The notes under the pieces are model-generated. The model did no database searches. It had not been told where the DNA came from and saw only the letters and a program-made list of their open reading frames with translations. From Dehalococcoidia bacterium (GTDB lineage Bacteria; Chloroflexota; Dehalococcoidia; Bin125): a DNA stretch of 64,000 bases. Positions within the stretch are counted from its first letter, which is position 1, and the number at the start of each line of letters is the position of its first letter. The stretch spans positions 256,001 through 320,000 of the forward strand of contig CAXXNO010000012.1 of the NCBI GenBank assembly GCA_963663235.2, read 5' to 3'. Shown piece after piece: positions 10,114 to 20,695 of this stretch. A program made the position numbers and the translations under genes.

Positions 10114-10469
10114 GGCCCCAGGATAGGGGAAGTTATCGGCGGGAGCCCCCTCGCGCCTGCCCGTGCGCCGGCGCGGCGCCCATCCGGCCGGGCCCCAACC
10201 GCACCACCCTCTACGTCCAGGCTGCGCCAGGACTCCAGAGCCTGCGGGCTGGGGGGCGCAGCCGTGGTCTCGGCGTGCCGCAACGTCGCCTGCACCGCGA
10301 CCTGGGTGCGGTTGTTGCAGTTCCACTTGATCATGATGTTGTTCATGTGCCGCTTCACGGTCGCCAAGCTGACGCCCAGATCCGCGGCGATCTCGCCGTT
10401 CGTGTGGCCCTGCGCCACGAGCCCCACCACCGCCACCTCGCGCGCCGTCAGCCGTCGGCGGTTCATCAT
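10110..10469 (-). CDS. Stand-alone LuxR C-terminal HTH transcriptional regulator
   Basis: LTAREVAVVGLVAQGHTNGEIAADLGVSLATVKRHMNNI; SD GAGGTGGAGG; GTGA overlap with the VIT1 gene. Confidence 0.85.
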   Translation of the reverse strand: MMNRRRLTAREVAVVGLVAQGHTNGEIAADLGVSLATVKRHMNNIMIKWNCNNRTQVAVQATLRHAETTAAPPSPQALESWRSLDVEGGAVGARPDGRRAGARAGARGLPPITSPILGP

Positions 10470-10752
10470 CGCTGTGCCTCCACCTCTTGCAGCCAGGGCG
10501 TCGGACCGCGCCCTCTTCTATCGTGCCCGACGGCCAGCACGCCCGGCGTCGCGCGAAAGGCCATATCGTACGGGGGGGGGCTATCCGTCCAGGCTTCACG
10601 GCTCAGCCACCACGACGATCGCAGAGCGCATCGAGTCCCACAAAAAACGGCCGGCTGTCACGACTTCATTAACATTCGCTGCCCCGGCCTCGTCCTGCCC
10701 GGCCGCGCCCTTGGACGACGGCCGGGACGATGAGCCTGCCAGGAGTATCCCC

Positions 10753-10845
10753 ATGGCTCATCACCCTTGGCATCGTGTGTTCGGGCCGACCGGCCGGCCA
10801 ACCGAGTGGCGAGCCCTCTCGGCTCACCCACTACGGCAACCGTAG
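10753..10845 (+). CDS. Candidate His-rich leader peptide (MAHHPWHRVF..., 30 aa) upstream of hisG
   Basis: AGGAG 7 nt before ATG; 3 His in the first 7 codons; embedded in hairpins. Confidence 0.4.
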   Translation: MAHHPWHRVFGPTGRPTEWRALSAHPLRQP

Positions 10846-11039
10846 AAGCGTCCAGCGAGTCCCGGAACCGCCGCCGCATCAAGAGTTGTTTAAGGTTTGC
10901 TCGGCGGGGGCGGACGCGGGCAAGGGCGCGAGCGCTGCCCACGTCACCATGCGCCGGTCGCCAGTTCGCTGCGGCTGTGCGACATTGCCAATGGGGCCGC
11001 CCCGGACAGCGGCCGCCCGACTGAGAGGCGCCCAAGAAG

Positions 11040-11930
11040 ATGGCCGCGGCACCGGAACCGCTCCTGAAAATCGGTCTGCCCAAGGGGTCGCTCCAGGCGG
11101 CCACGGTCGACCTATTCCGGCGGGCCGGCTTCGAGCTGGAAGTGTCCGATCGCTCGTATTTCCCGGCGATCGATGACCCGGCCATTAGTTGCATTATGTT
11201 CCGCGCCCAGGAGCTGGCCCGCTATACGGAGGACGCCATCGTCGACTGCGCCATCACTGGCTTCGACTGGATCCAGGAGAGCAACGCCGACGTCCACGAA
11301 GTAAGCGAACTCCTCTATAGCAAGGCCACCAGCCGGCCGGCCCGGTGGGTGTTGGCCGTTGCCGCCGAGAGCGCGCTGCAGCGCCCGGAGGAGCTGGCGG
11401 GCGGGATCGTTGCGACGGAGCTGACCAACGTCACGCGCCGCTACTTCGAGCAGCGCGGCATCGACGTGCGCGTCGAGTTCAGTTGGGGCGCCACCGAGGT
11501 CAAGGCCCGGCTGCTGGACGCCATCGTCGAGCTGACCGAGACCGGCTCCAGTCTGCGGGCCAACAACCTGCGCATCGTGGACGAGGTGCTGGTCAGCACG
11601 ACCCGCCTGATCGCCAACAAGACGTCCTGGCAAGATGCGGCCAAGCGCCAGAAGATCGAGGCGATCAACACACTCTTGCAGGGCGCCATCGCCGCCCGGA
11701 CCAAAGTGGGACTCAAGCTCAACGCGCCCCGCTCCTCGCTCGACGCCGTGCTGGCGGTGATCGGCTCCTACGGCGAGCACTCGCCCACCATCAGCCAGCT
11801 GACGGACGAGGAGTGGGTGGCCCTGGAGATCATCCTCGATGAGCGCAGCGAGCGCGACATGATCCCGGCGCTGCTGCAGGCCGGGGCCAGCGGGCTCGTC
11901 TCCTACCCGCTCAACAAAGTCATCTCCTGA
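11040..11930 (+). CDS. hisG: ATP phosphoribosyltransferase, long form
   Basis: KIGLPKGSLQ, FRAQE, EFSWGATEVK, ELTETGSSLRANNL, C-terminal regulatory domain. Confidence 0.95.
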   Translation: MAAAPEPLLKIGLPKGSLQAATVDLFRRAGFELEVSDRSYFPAIDDPAISCIMFRAQELARYTEDAIVDCAITGFDWIQESNADVHEVSELLYSKATSRPARWVLAVAAESALQRPEELAGGIVATELTNVTRRYFEQRGIDVRVEFSWGATEVKARLLDAIVELTETGSSLRANNLRIVDEVLVSTTRLIANKTSWQDAAKRQKIEAINTLLQGAIAARTKVGLKLNAPRSSLDAVLAVIGSYGEHSPTISQLTDEEWVALEIILDERSERDMIPALLQAGASGLVSYPLNKVIS

Positions 11931-12006
11931 CGCGCTCGTTGTCCGAGCGTGGCGCGCGCCGTACGATGGCGCCGCTCGCCGTCCCGCTATCCAAGGAGGA
12001 CGCGCC

Positions 12007-13440
12007 ATGCCGTTGAAGACGCCCGACGAGTACGTCGCCTCTCTGCGCGACGGCCGCGAAGTGTGGTTCCGCGGCGAACGGGTGAATGACGTCACCACCC
12101 ACCCCGTGATCGCCATCGCCATCGACCACGCCAGCATCGACTACCGCATGGCTGAGGATCCCCGCTACCGCGATCTGGCTGTCGTCAACGAGGAAGGGCG
12201 CGAGTTCAGCCGCTTCTACAAGATCCCGGGCAACGTCGACGATCTGCTCAAGCGGTCGCAACTGATCGAAGCCGGCACCACGGAAGGCGACACGCTGGTG
12301 GTGCTGATCAAAGAGATCGGCACCGACGCCCTGTTCGCGCTGCTGGCTGTCACCGCCGAGATGCCCCCGCCGTACCACGATCGCGTCCGCGCCTTCTACG
12401 AGTACTGCCGGGACAACGACCTGGCCGTGTCCGTGGCCCAAACCGACGTCAAGGGCGACCGGCGCAAGCGGCCCGGCGATCAGGCCGACCCCGACCTGTA
12501 TCTGCGCGTCGTCGACCGGCGCGATGACGGGGTGGTGGTACGCGGCGCCAAAGTGCACACCTCCGCCTCCACCAATGTGCACGAGATCATCGTCCTGCCA
12601 ACGCGGGCCATGGGCGAGGACGAAGCCGACTGGAGCATCGCCTTTGCCCTGCCGGTCAACACGCCGGGGCTGCGGCTGCTGGCCAGCCCCTACGGCGCCG
12701 GCGACTACCGCGTCGGTGAACAACCCATCAGCGCGCGCCACAAGATGATGGAGACGATGACCATCTTTGATGACGTCTTCATCCCGAACGAGCGCATCTT
12801 CCTCAACGGCGAAACCGAGGCAGCCGGCCGCCTGGCGCTGACCTTTGTCGAGTACCATCGCTTCACCGCCGTCTCCTACAAGCTGCCCTTGGTGGACGCG
12901 CTCGCCGGCGCCGCCGCGACCATCGCCGACTTCAACGGCATCCTGGCGGCGGGGCACGTGCGGGAGAAGTTCATCCGGCTGATCGCCTACGCGGAGACGG
13001 TGCGCGGCCTCACGCAACTGGCGGCCGAACGCTGCATCGCCAAGCCCAACGGGCAGGTCGCGCCCGACCCCATGAGCGTCAACCTGGCCAAGAGCCACTT
13101 TGCCCACGGCTATCACGCCGCCGTGCAAGATGTGCAGGAGCTGGCCGGCGGCCTGCTGGTCACAGGCCCGGGCGACGAGGACTGGGACAACGAAGAGCTG
13201 CGGCCCTTCCTGAGCAAGTACCTGGTCGGACGCCATGGTGTCAGTGGCGAACAGCGGCTGAAGATGATGAACTTCATCCGTGACCTCACCGCCTCCGACT
13301 ATGGCGCTTACCAGGAGGTGCTGGCGATCCACGCCGAGGGCTCGTTGGAGGCCGAGAAGCTCCAGATCTTCCGGGCCTACAATGACAACGGATCGGCGCG
13401 GCGGGTGATCGGCCTGGCCAACCGCATGGCCGGGATCTAG
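12007..13440 (+). CDS. HpaB / 4-hydroxybutyryl-CoA dehydratase family flavoprotein
   Basis: EYVASLRDGREVW, AQTDVKGDR, VRGAKVHTS, IFDDVFIPNERIFL, HAEGS. Confidence 0.85.
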   Translation: MPLKTPDEYVASLRDGREVWFRGERVNDVTTHPVIAIAIDHASIDYRMAEDPRYRDLAVVNEEGREFSRFYKIPGNVDDLLKRSQLIEAGTTEGDTLVVLIKEIGTDALFALLAVTAEMPPPYHDRVRAFYEYCRDNDLAVSVAQTDVKGDRRKRPGDQADPDLYLRVVDRRDDGVVVRGAKVHTSASTNVHEIIVLPTRAMGEDEADWSIAFALPVNTPGLRLLASPYGAGDYRVGEQPISARHKMMETMTIFDDVFIPNERIFLNGETEAAGRLALTFVEYHRFTAVSYKLPLVDALAGAAATIADFNGILAAGHVREKFIRLIAYAETVRGLTQLAAERCIAKPNGQVAPDPMSVNLAKSHFAHGYHAAVQDVQELAGGLLVTGPGDEDWDNEELRPFLSKYLVGRHGVSGEQRLKMMNFIRDLTASDYGAYQEVLAIHAEGSLEAEKLQIFRAYNDNGSARRVIGLANRMAGI

Positions 13441-13465
13441 GCGCCGCGCAGGAAGCAGGTACACG

Positions 13466-14122
13466 GTGTCCGTGCTGCGGATGTTTCCGCTGAACCTGGT
13501 CATCTTTCCCAGCCAGCAGCAGGCGCTGCACATCTTCGAGCCGCGCTACCGCCAGTTGGTGCAGGAAACGCTCGATGACAATGCGCCCTTCGGCATCGCC
13601 CTAATCCGCGAGGGGGGCGAAGCCGGCGGCGGGGCCACCACGTTCGATGTAGGCTGCGCCGTCCGCCTGCGCCACGTGCAGAACCTCGCCGACGGCCGCT
13701 ACAACATCATCTGCGAGGGCACGCGGCGATTCCGCATCGTCGCGCCGCTGGGTGAGGACCCGTACCTGCGCGCCGAGGTAGAGTTCCTCGCAGATCCCGA
13801 TGACGCCAACGACGAGGCGGCGGCCGGCATCGCGCCGGTGATCTCGGCGAAGTTCAAGGAACACATCCGGCTGACCCTCGCCTTGCAGGACGGCTGGCAG
13901 CGAACCGCCCACCTTCCGGCGCGTCCGGTGGCCTTGGCGGACCACGTTGCCGCGCGGTTGGACGTTCCCACCGGCGCCAAACAGGAGATCTTGCAGGCGC
14001 CGCTCGTCTTCACCCGTCTCGAATTCCTGCTGAAGGCCTTGCAGCGCGAGAACACGGCCCTGGCGGAGCGCCTCATCCTGCACCGCCGCCAGAAGCTTCA
14101 GGGCCTGGGCGTGCTCAACTAG
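13466..14122 (+). CDS. LON peptidase substrate-binding (N-terminal) domain protein
   Basis: MFPLNLVIFP...LHIFEPRYRQLV, DGRYNIICEGTRRFRI; no AAA+ or protease domain. Confidence 0.9.
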   Translation: MSVLRMFPLNLVIFPSQQQALHIFEPRYRQLVQETLDDNAPFGIALIREGGEAGGGATTFDVGCAVRLRHVQNLADGRYNIICEGTRRFRIVAPLGEDPYLRAEVEFLADPDDANDEAAAGIAPVISAKFKEHIRLTLALQDGWQRTAHLPARPVALADHVAARLDVPTGAKQEILQAPLVFTRLEFLLKALQRENTALAERLILHRRQKLQGLGVLN

Positions 14123-14148
14123 CGCCATGTGCCAGGGGTTGTGCCCGC

Positions 14149-14961
14149 ATGCTCGCGATCAATGACCCGGTCGGCTGGTGGGGCCCGCCTGGCCGACCGC
14201 CCTCGCCTCTGTCGATCGTCGCGCTCTTGCGGGCGGGCACCCTCTCGCCGCGCCTGGCGGCCGGCGTCTGGGCGCTGCTGGAATGGGGCGGGTCGCTCAT
14301 CATCGCCGCCGGACCGCAACGCGCGGGCAAGACCACCATCCTCACGGCCTTGCTCTCCCTCTTGCCGCACGACACCCCCGCCTACTACACACAGGGCGAC
14401 GGCGAATCGTTCGCCGGGTTGCCGCGACCGCCGCGGGCGAACGGCCCCACGTTCATCCTCATCAACGAGATCAGCGACCACCTCCCCACGTATTCCTGGG
14501 GCCCGCCGGTGCAGGCGGCGTTCGCGCTCCTGGCGCAGGGCTACTCGCTCTGTGGGACGATGCACTCCGAGCGGGTCGAGGAATGCCTCGGGCAGCTCCG
14601 CCACGGCTGCGGAGTCCCGGCCGAGCAACTCACGGGCTGTGACCTGATCATGACCCTCACCCTCGAGCCAAACCGACGACGCGTGGCCGAGCTATTTTTG
14701 CAGACGCGTGAAGCGGCGATCACTCGCATCGGCTGGTGGGATCGCGGCGCCGACACGCATCACGTGCTAGAGACCGACGACGCCTGCACCATCACCGCCG
14801 CGCGCCTCGACCGGACGCCCGCAGAGCTGGAGGCCACGATCGCCGCGCGCAGTGACTGGCTCCAAGGCCTGATGGACGCTGGTATCGACGAGCCCGCCGC
14901 CGTGGAGACCGCCGTCCGGGCCTTTCACGACCGGGGGAACCCAAGGCCTCATGCCTCGTAG
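14149..14961 (+). CDS. Type II/IV secretion (VirB11/FlaI-like) ATPase C-terminal domain protein
   Basis: PLSIVALLRAGTLS, Walker A AGPQRAGKTT, ILINEI, GTMHS His-box. Confidence 0.7.
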   Translation: MLAINDPVGWWGPPGRPPSPLSIVALLRAGTLSPRLAAGVWALLEWGGSLIIAAGPQRAGKTTILTALLSLLPHDTPAYYTQGDGESFAGLPRPPRANGPTFILINEISDHLPTYSWGPPVQAAFALLAQGYSLCGTMHSERVEECLGQLRHGCGVPAEQLTGCDLIMTLTLEPNRRRVAELFLQTREAAITRIGWWDRGADTHHVLETDDACTITAARLDRTPAELEATIAARSDWLQGLMDAGIDEPAAVETAVRAFHDRGNPRPHAS

Positions 14962-15244
14962 GAACCGCAAGGGACGGACGCGACAGCAGCGCCCACGGCG
15001 TCGTTACAACCCGGGCCGGAGCCGAGACCGGCCGCCCACAGCGGCCGCCGAGCCGCCGCCGGACACCGCCGACGAAGAGCCGCCTCTTGAAATCGGTGGC
15101 GCCGCGACCTGCGGGACCTGCCGGGAGTGGGATCCCGGCCCCGACCCCTGGGCCACCGGAGGCCGCGGAACCTGCGGCCATCCCGCCAGCGGCGTCGCCT
15201 TCCCGCCGCCGGATATGGCGGCCTGCCCCTTCTACAACACTTGA
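14951..15244 (+). CDS. Small basic protein with putative Zn-binding Cys motif
   Basis: Arg-rich N-terminus; CGTC...C...CP; overlaps the ATPase stop. Confidence 0.55.
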   Translation: MPRRNRKGRTRQQRPRRRYNPGRSRDRPPTAAAEPPPDTADEEPPLEIGGAATCGTCREWDPGPDPWATGGRGTCGHPASGVAFPPPDMAACPFYNT

Positions 15245-15252
15245 CCCGGCGA

Positions 15253-15930
15253 TCAGTCCAGGAGCGCTGCCAACGCGCGGGCTAGGTCAGCACAGTCCGG
15301 CAGCGTGACCTCGGCCCCCGCGGCGGTCAACGCTTCGGCCGTCGAGAACCCCGTCGCCACCGCGACGGCCTTTGCGCCGATCGCATGCGCCGCCGTGACA
15401 TCGTGTGGCGTGTCACCGACCACCACGACCTCGGCTTCCGGAAGCGCCGCGCCGCGGAGCCGTTCGACGCCGGCAGCGAGGAGCATCGAGCGATCCTCCG
15501 AGTCGTCGCCAAAGCCGCCGTCGCTGAAGCGCCGATCCAGCCCGTAATACGCCAGCTTGATCATGCCAGAACGACGGAAGTTCCCCGTGCCCAGCCCCAC
15601 CACCACGGGCCGTTGCGTCAGCGCGGTGAGGAGATCGAGCACGCCGGGCAGCACACAACCCTCCGTCTCCTGAAGAGCGACAGGTAGCTCCGCGGTGTAG
15701 GCGTCGATGAACGCCGCCCGTCGGCCGTCGTCGCTCTCCAGCCCGTGCTGCGCGAACACCGTCTTGACGATCCACAAGTCTGAGCGACCGCCCATCTGCA
15801 CCGAGGCAAGAGCATCCGCCACACCGAAGAGGCGCTGGAACGCCCGCGTCATGGCGCGGATCCCGGCGCCGCCGGTGAGGATGAGCGTGCCGTCAATATC
15901 GAACAGGATGATCCGCCGGGCGCGCGTCAT
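15253..15930 (-). CDS. HAD family hydrolase (phosphoglycolate phosphatase-like)
   Basis: LFDIDGTL, GTGN, VVGDTPHD. Confidence 0.9.
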   Translation of the reverse strand: MTRARRIILFDIDGTLILTGGAGIRAMTRAFQRLFGVADALASVQMGGRSDLWIVKTVFAQHGLESDDGRRAAFIDAYTAELPVALQETEGCVLPGVLDLLTALTQRPVVVGLGTGNFRRSGMIKLAYYGLDRRFSDGGFGDDSEDRSMLLAAGVERLRGAALPEAEVVVVGDTPHDVTAAHAIGAKAVAVATGFSTAEALTAAGAEVTLPDCADLARALAALLD

Positions 15931-16565
15931 TGCTCCAGTGCCACATCCACAAAGCCGCCGCGCAGGCGCAGGCGCACGTCCTCCGCATCCTCCGCGACAT
16001 CGAACACCACCACCAGGTCCAGCGTCAGCCCCGGCTGAAGCGCCACGGCCACGGCATCGACGCGGTTGCCGTCGCGGCGGGCGGCGACCGCGGTGGCGTG
16101 CGCGTCGGGGCTGAACGCCCGGCCGGCGCCGTCAACCAAGCCCAGCCGGTCCGCCAGCGACAACGGCTCCGGTCCCGTGTTGCGAACAGTCAGCGACACC
16201 ACAACAAACCGGCCGCGGGCGACGGCGTCGTCGACGTCCTCCCCGACCGATCCGGCAAAGCGTGAGTCGGTCACCAGCACGCGCAAGTCACCGGTCTGGA
16301 ATAGCTCATCCAGCGCCACCGATGCGCCGCTGGTCGGCGCCGTGATCGATCCCGAATCGGCCGTCGACTCTGCGCTGTCCCCGGCCGTGGTCTCACTCGC
16401 AGTGTCGGCGTCCGTCGTGGTGGTGGAGAGGGCGAGCGGATCGGCGTCATCGTCGCTACTCAGATCGAACGTTCCGGACGCGACGAGGAAGACCACGACA
16501 GCCGCCACGGCCACGAGCACCACCAAGGCGTACCACTGCGTGGTCCGAAAGCGCCGCAAGCTCAC
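15927..16565 (-). CDS. Membrane-anchored DUF4352-like Ig-fold protein
   Basis: N-terminal TM, Thr/Ser linker, GRFVVVSLTVRNTG...LVDGAGRAF...LQPG...VVFDV. Confidence 0.7.
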   Translation of the reverse strand: MSLRRFRTTQWYALVVLVAVAAVVVFLVASGTFDLSSDDDADPLALSTTTTDADTASETTAGDSAESTADSGSITAPTSGASVALDELFQTGDLRVLVTDSRFAGSVGEDVDDAVARGRFVVVSLTVRNTGPEPLSLADRLGLVDGAGRAFSPDAHATAVAARRDGNRVDAVAVALQPGLTLDLVVVFDVAEDAEDVRLRLRGGFVDVALEQ

Positions 16566-16581
16566 CGTCTCGGCCCCTTCG

Positions 16582-17739
16582 CTACCCCACCGGCACAAGC
16601 TCCGCGCCCTGCACCTGGAGGAAGTCGACCTGTACTAGCGCTTCGCGCTCGCCGTCTTCGTTGAAGCGAAGCAGTCCGCCGACTCCGTCGCCGCCTCGGT
16701 CCCGAAGCGCCGCAAAGAGACCATAGCGCTCCACCTGCAACGTACCATCCGGCTCTGGCTGCTGCGTGCGCGACAGCGCCGCCAGGAGTGCAGTGACGCC
16801 GTCGTAGACCGGAAGCGCCAAGTCATCGATCTCCAAGGTGATCTGGAAGCGCTCGGCGTAGCGCCGCCGCCAAGCATCGAACTCCTCGGATTCGCCGACA
16901 TCGATGTGGACGCGGGTCAGGTAGACCCCTGCCGCGGCTCCATCAAACCGCAGTCCGAACAACGCCGGGTCCGAGGCGGAGGGCGCAAGCAGCACCGCCG
17001 CCGAAAACCCGGCCACTCGCAGCGCCTCCGCAAGGCGAAGGGCCTCTTCCGGCTCCAGCGCCACGTAGAGTGCGTCCACCCCACCCACCAGCGCGTCTCC
17101 GGCGATCGCCGCGGGATCATCCCCGGGCTGCAGCGTTCGCTCGCCGATCACGTCCACCCCGCCCGCGGCCTGGCCCAAGCGGAACGCCTCCGATGCACCT
17201 CGCGCCGCCGACGACTGCGACCGGACCACCACCAGCGACTCCACTCCCAGAACGCTCCGCAGGAACCGCCCTTGGACCGGCGCGGCGTCGGCGTCGCTCC
17301 AGGTCAGACGCAGCACCGGCGCGTCGTCCACGGGCAGCGGGCCGTGCTCCGCGGCCAGCAGCGTGGTGATGCGCGCCTCAGCAAGCATCGAGAGCGCCGC
17401 GGCCAAGTCGTCCCCGCAGGCCACCACCAGCACGGCCACCAGGCCCTCGGTGCCGAGGAGATCGAGCACCGCGTCGGCGCACGATCCGGCCGCGTGTTCA
17501 GTCCGCACGCGATGACCGAGCAACTCGTAGGTATCGGTCAACGCGAGGTCGAGCCCATTCCTGACCTGCGTCCGCACCGTCGGAGGAACCCCCTCCTCGC
17601 CGATGACACCGATCACGACGTCCGTGGCAGCGGGGATCTCCAGCGTGCCCCAGTCAGGGCTGCTGCCGCCGCCGCCGCACGCCGCCAGGATGACCAGGAA
17701 TGACCCGACGCAGGCGACGAGCGCCCCATTCCGGAGCAC
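16582..17739 (-). CDS. Branched-chain amino acid ABC-type substrate-binding lipoprotein (divergent)
   Basis: Lipobox ILAAC; type I PBP features (YDG, GVGGLLRFNEDGE); start uncertain. Confidence 0.65.
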   Translation of the reverse strand: MLRNGALVACVGSFLVILAACGGGGSSPDWGTLEIPAATDVVIGVIGEEGVPPTVRTQVRNGLDLALTDTYELLGHRVRTEHAAGSCADAVLDLLGTEGLVAVLVVACGDDLAAALSMLAEARITTLLAAEHGPLPVDDAPVLRLTWSDADAAPVQGRFLRSVLGVESLVVVRSQSSAARGASEAFRLGQAAGGVDVIGERTLQPGDDPAAIAGDALVGGVDALYVALEPEEALRLAEALRVAGFSAAVLLAPSASDPALFGLRFDGAAAGVYLTRVHIDVGESEEFDAWRRRYAERFQITLEIDDLALPVYDGVTALLAALSRTQQPEPDGTLQVERYGLFAALRDRGGDGVGGLLRFNEDGEREALVQVDFLQVQGAELVPVG

Positions 17740-17785
17740 GGTCCGGCGTGGCGCGCGCTCACCGTCGCTCCCGCGCACGGCCCGC

Positions 17786-18133
17786 TTACTTCTCGACGGG
17801 CAGACCCGCTTCGACCCAGGCGTTGGTTCCGCCCTCGATGTTGTAGAGGTCCGTGAAGCCGGCGGCAGCGGCGAACTCCGCGGCCACCGCACTCCGCTGG
17901 CCTTTGGCGCAGATGAACATGACCGGCTTCGCCTTGCCACCGGCGATCTCTTCGACCTCCTTGATCCGGCTGAAGACGGACATGTGGGGGATCAGCGGCG
18001 CGCCCGTTACGTGGCCCTCCGCGTACTCATCGGCCTCCCGCACGTCGATGATCGCGCCACCCTCCTCCTGGAGCGTGGCCGCTTCCTTGACCGTGATCCG
18101 CTTGAAGGGCTCCGCAACGTCGCTTTCGGTCAT
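17786..18133 (-). CDS. Rhodanese-like domain protein
   Basis: IIDVREADEYAEGHV, ICAKGQRS, NIEGGTNAW. Confidence 0.92.
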   Translation of the reverse strand: MTESDVAEPFKRITVKEAATLQEEGGAIIDVREADEYAEGHVTGAPLIPHMSVFSRIKEVEEIAGGKAKPVMFICAKGQRSAVAAEFAAAAGFTDLYNIEGGTNAWVEAGLPVEK

Positions 18134-18302
18134 GGGTTAACACCTCATCATGGAAGCACATGCTTCCGCAGCCTGCCGCTGGCTGGCCAGTGTACCATCA
18201 CGCGGAGCCGGACGGCCTCGCGTGTGGCACGGTTGACCGCTCAACCGCGGCTCAAGTAACCTCCCGAGCGCTGCACGGGACGGCCACAGCAGGGAGTACG
18301 GC

Positions 18303-20069
<1,767 letters not shown>

Positions 20070-20076
20070 CACCGCG

Positions 20077-20664
20077 ATGACCCAATACAGCGACCAGGAC
20101 GTCACCGACCTCCTCGACAAGATGACCGAAGAGCGGGCCACGCTCTTCGAGTCCGCCCGCTCGCTCTCGGAGGAGGACGCGAACCGCGTGCCGGCGAACG
20201 CGACCGGCGAGGAGCAATGGACGGCCAAAGAGCAACTGGCCCACCTGCTGGAGTCGGACCGCGTCCACACCAGCTTCGCCAAGGCCGCCATCGGCCAGAG
20301 CGGCGTCGACATCACGGCCATCCGTCTCACCGCCAGCGAGCACGTCGCCATCCCCATCGAGCGGGCGCCCGATCACAACGTGGGAGAGATCATCGCGGCC
20401 ATGGAGAAGGAACGCGCGCGGGCTCTCCAGTTCGTTCGCTCGCTCCGGCTGGAGGAGTTCGAGCGCATCGGCAAGGACAACGAGTTCGGCGACCTCACCG
20501 TGATGCAGTGGCTGCGCTCGCTCTACCGCCACGACCGCCAGCACCGCGCGCAGATCGAGGGGCGCAAGTCCGACTACGAGCCGCGCTACCTCAGCGGCAA
20601 GGAGCCGGAGCAGCGGCTGGCGCGCCGGGCGAAGGTCCAAACGCGGGAAACGCAACGCCGCTGA
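20077..20664 (+). CDS. DinB family protein
   Basis: WTAKEQLAHL, FGDLTVMQWL, HDRQH. Confidence 0.8.
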   Translation: MTQYSDQDVTDLLDKMTEERATLFESARSLSEEDANRVPANATGEEQWTAKEQLAHLLESDRVHTSFAKAAIGQSGVDITAIRLTASEHVAIPIERAPDHNVGEIIAAMEKERARALQFVRSLRLEEFERIGKDNEFGDLTVMQWLRSLYRHDRQHRAQIEGRKSDYEPRYLSGKEPEQRLARRAKVQTRETQRR

Positions 20665-20695
20665 TCCGGATGGACTCACCGGCCGGGAGGCGGCG

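Noticed and set aside
10834-10885. SAM-I riboswitch (ATCAAGAG and GGCAACC seen)
   Set aside because: The motifs are in the wrong order and the P2/kink-turn elements are absent.
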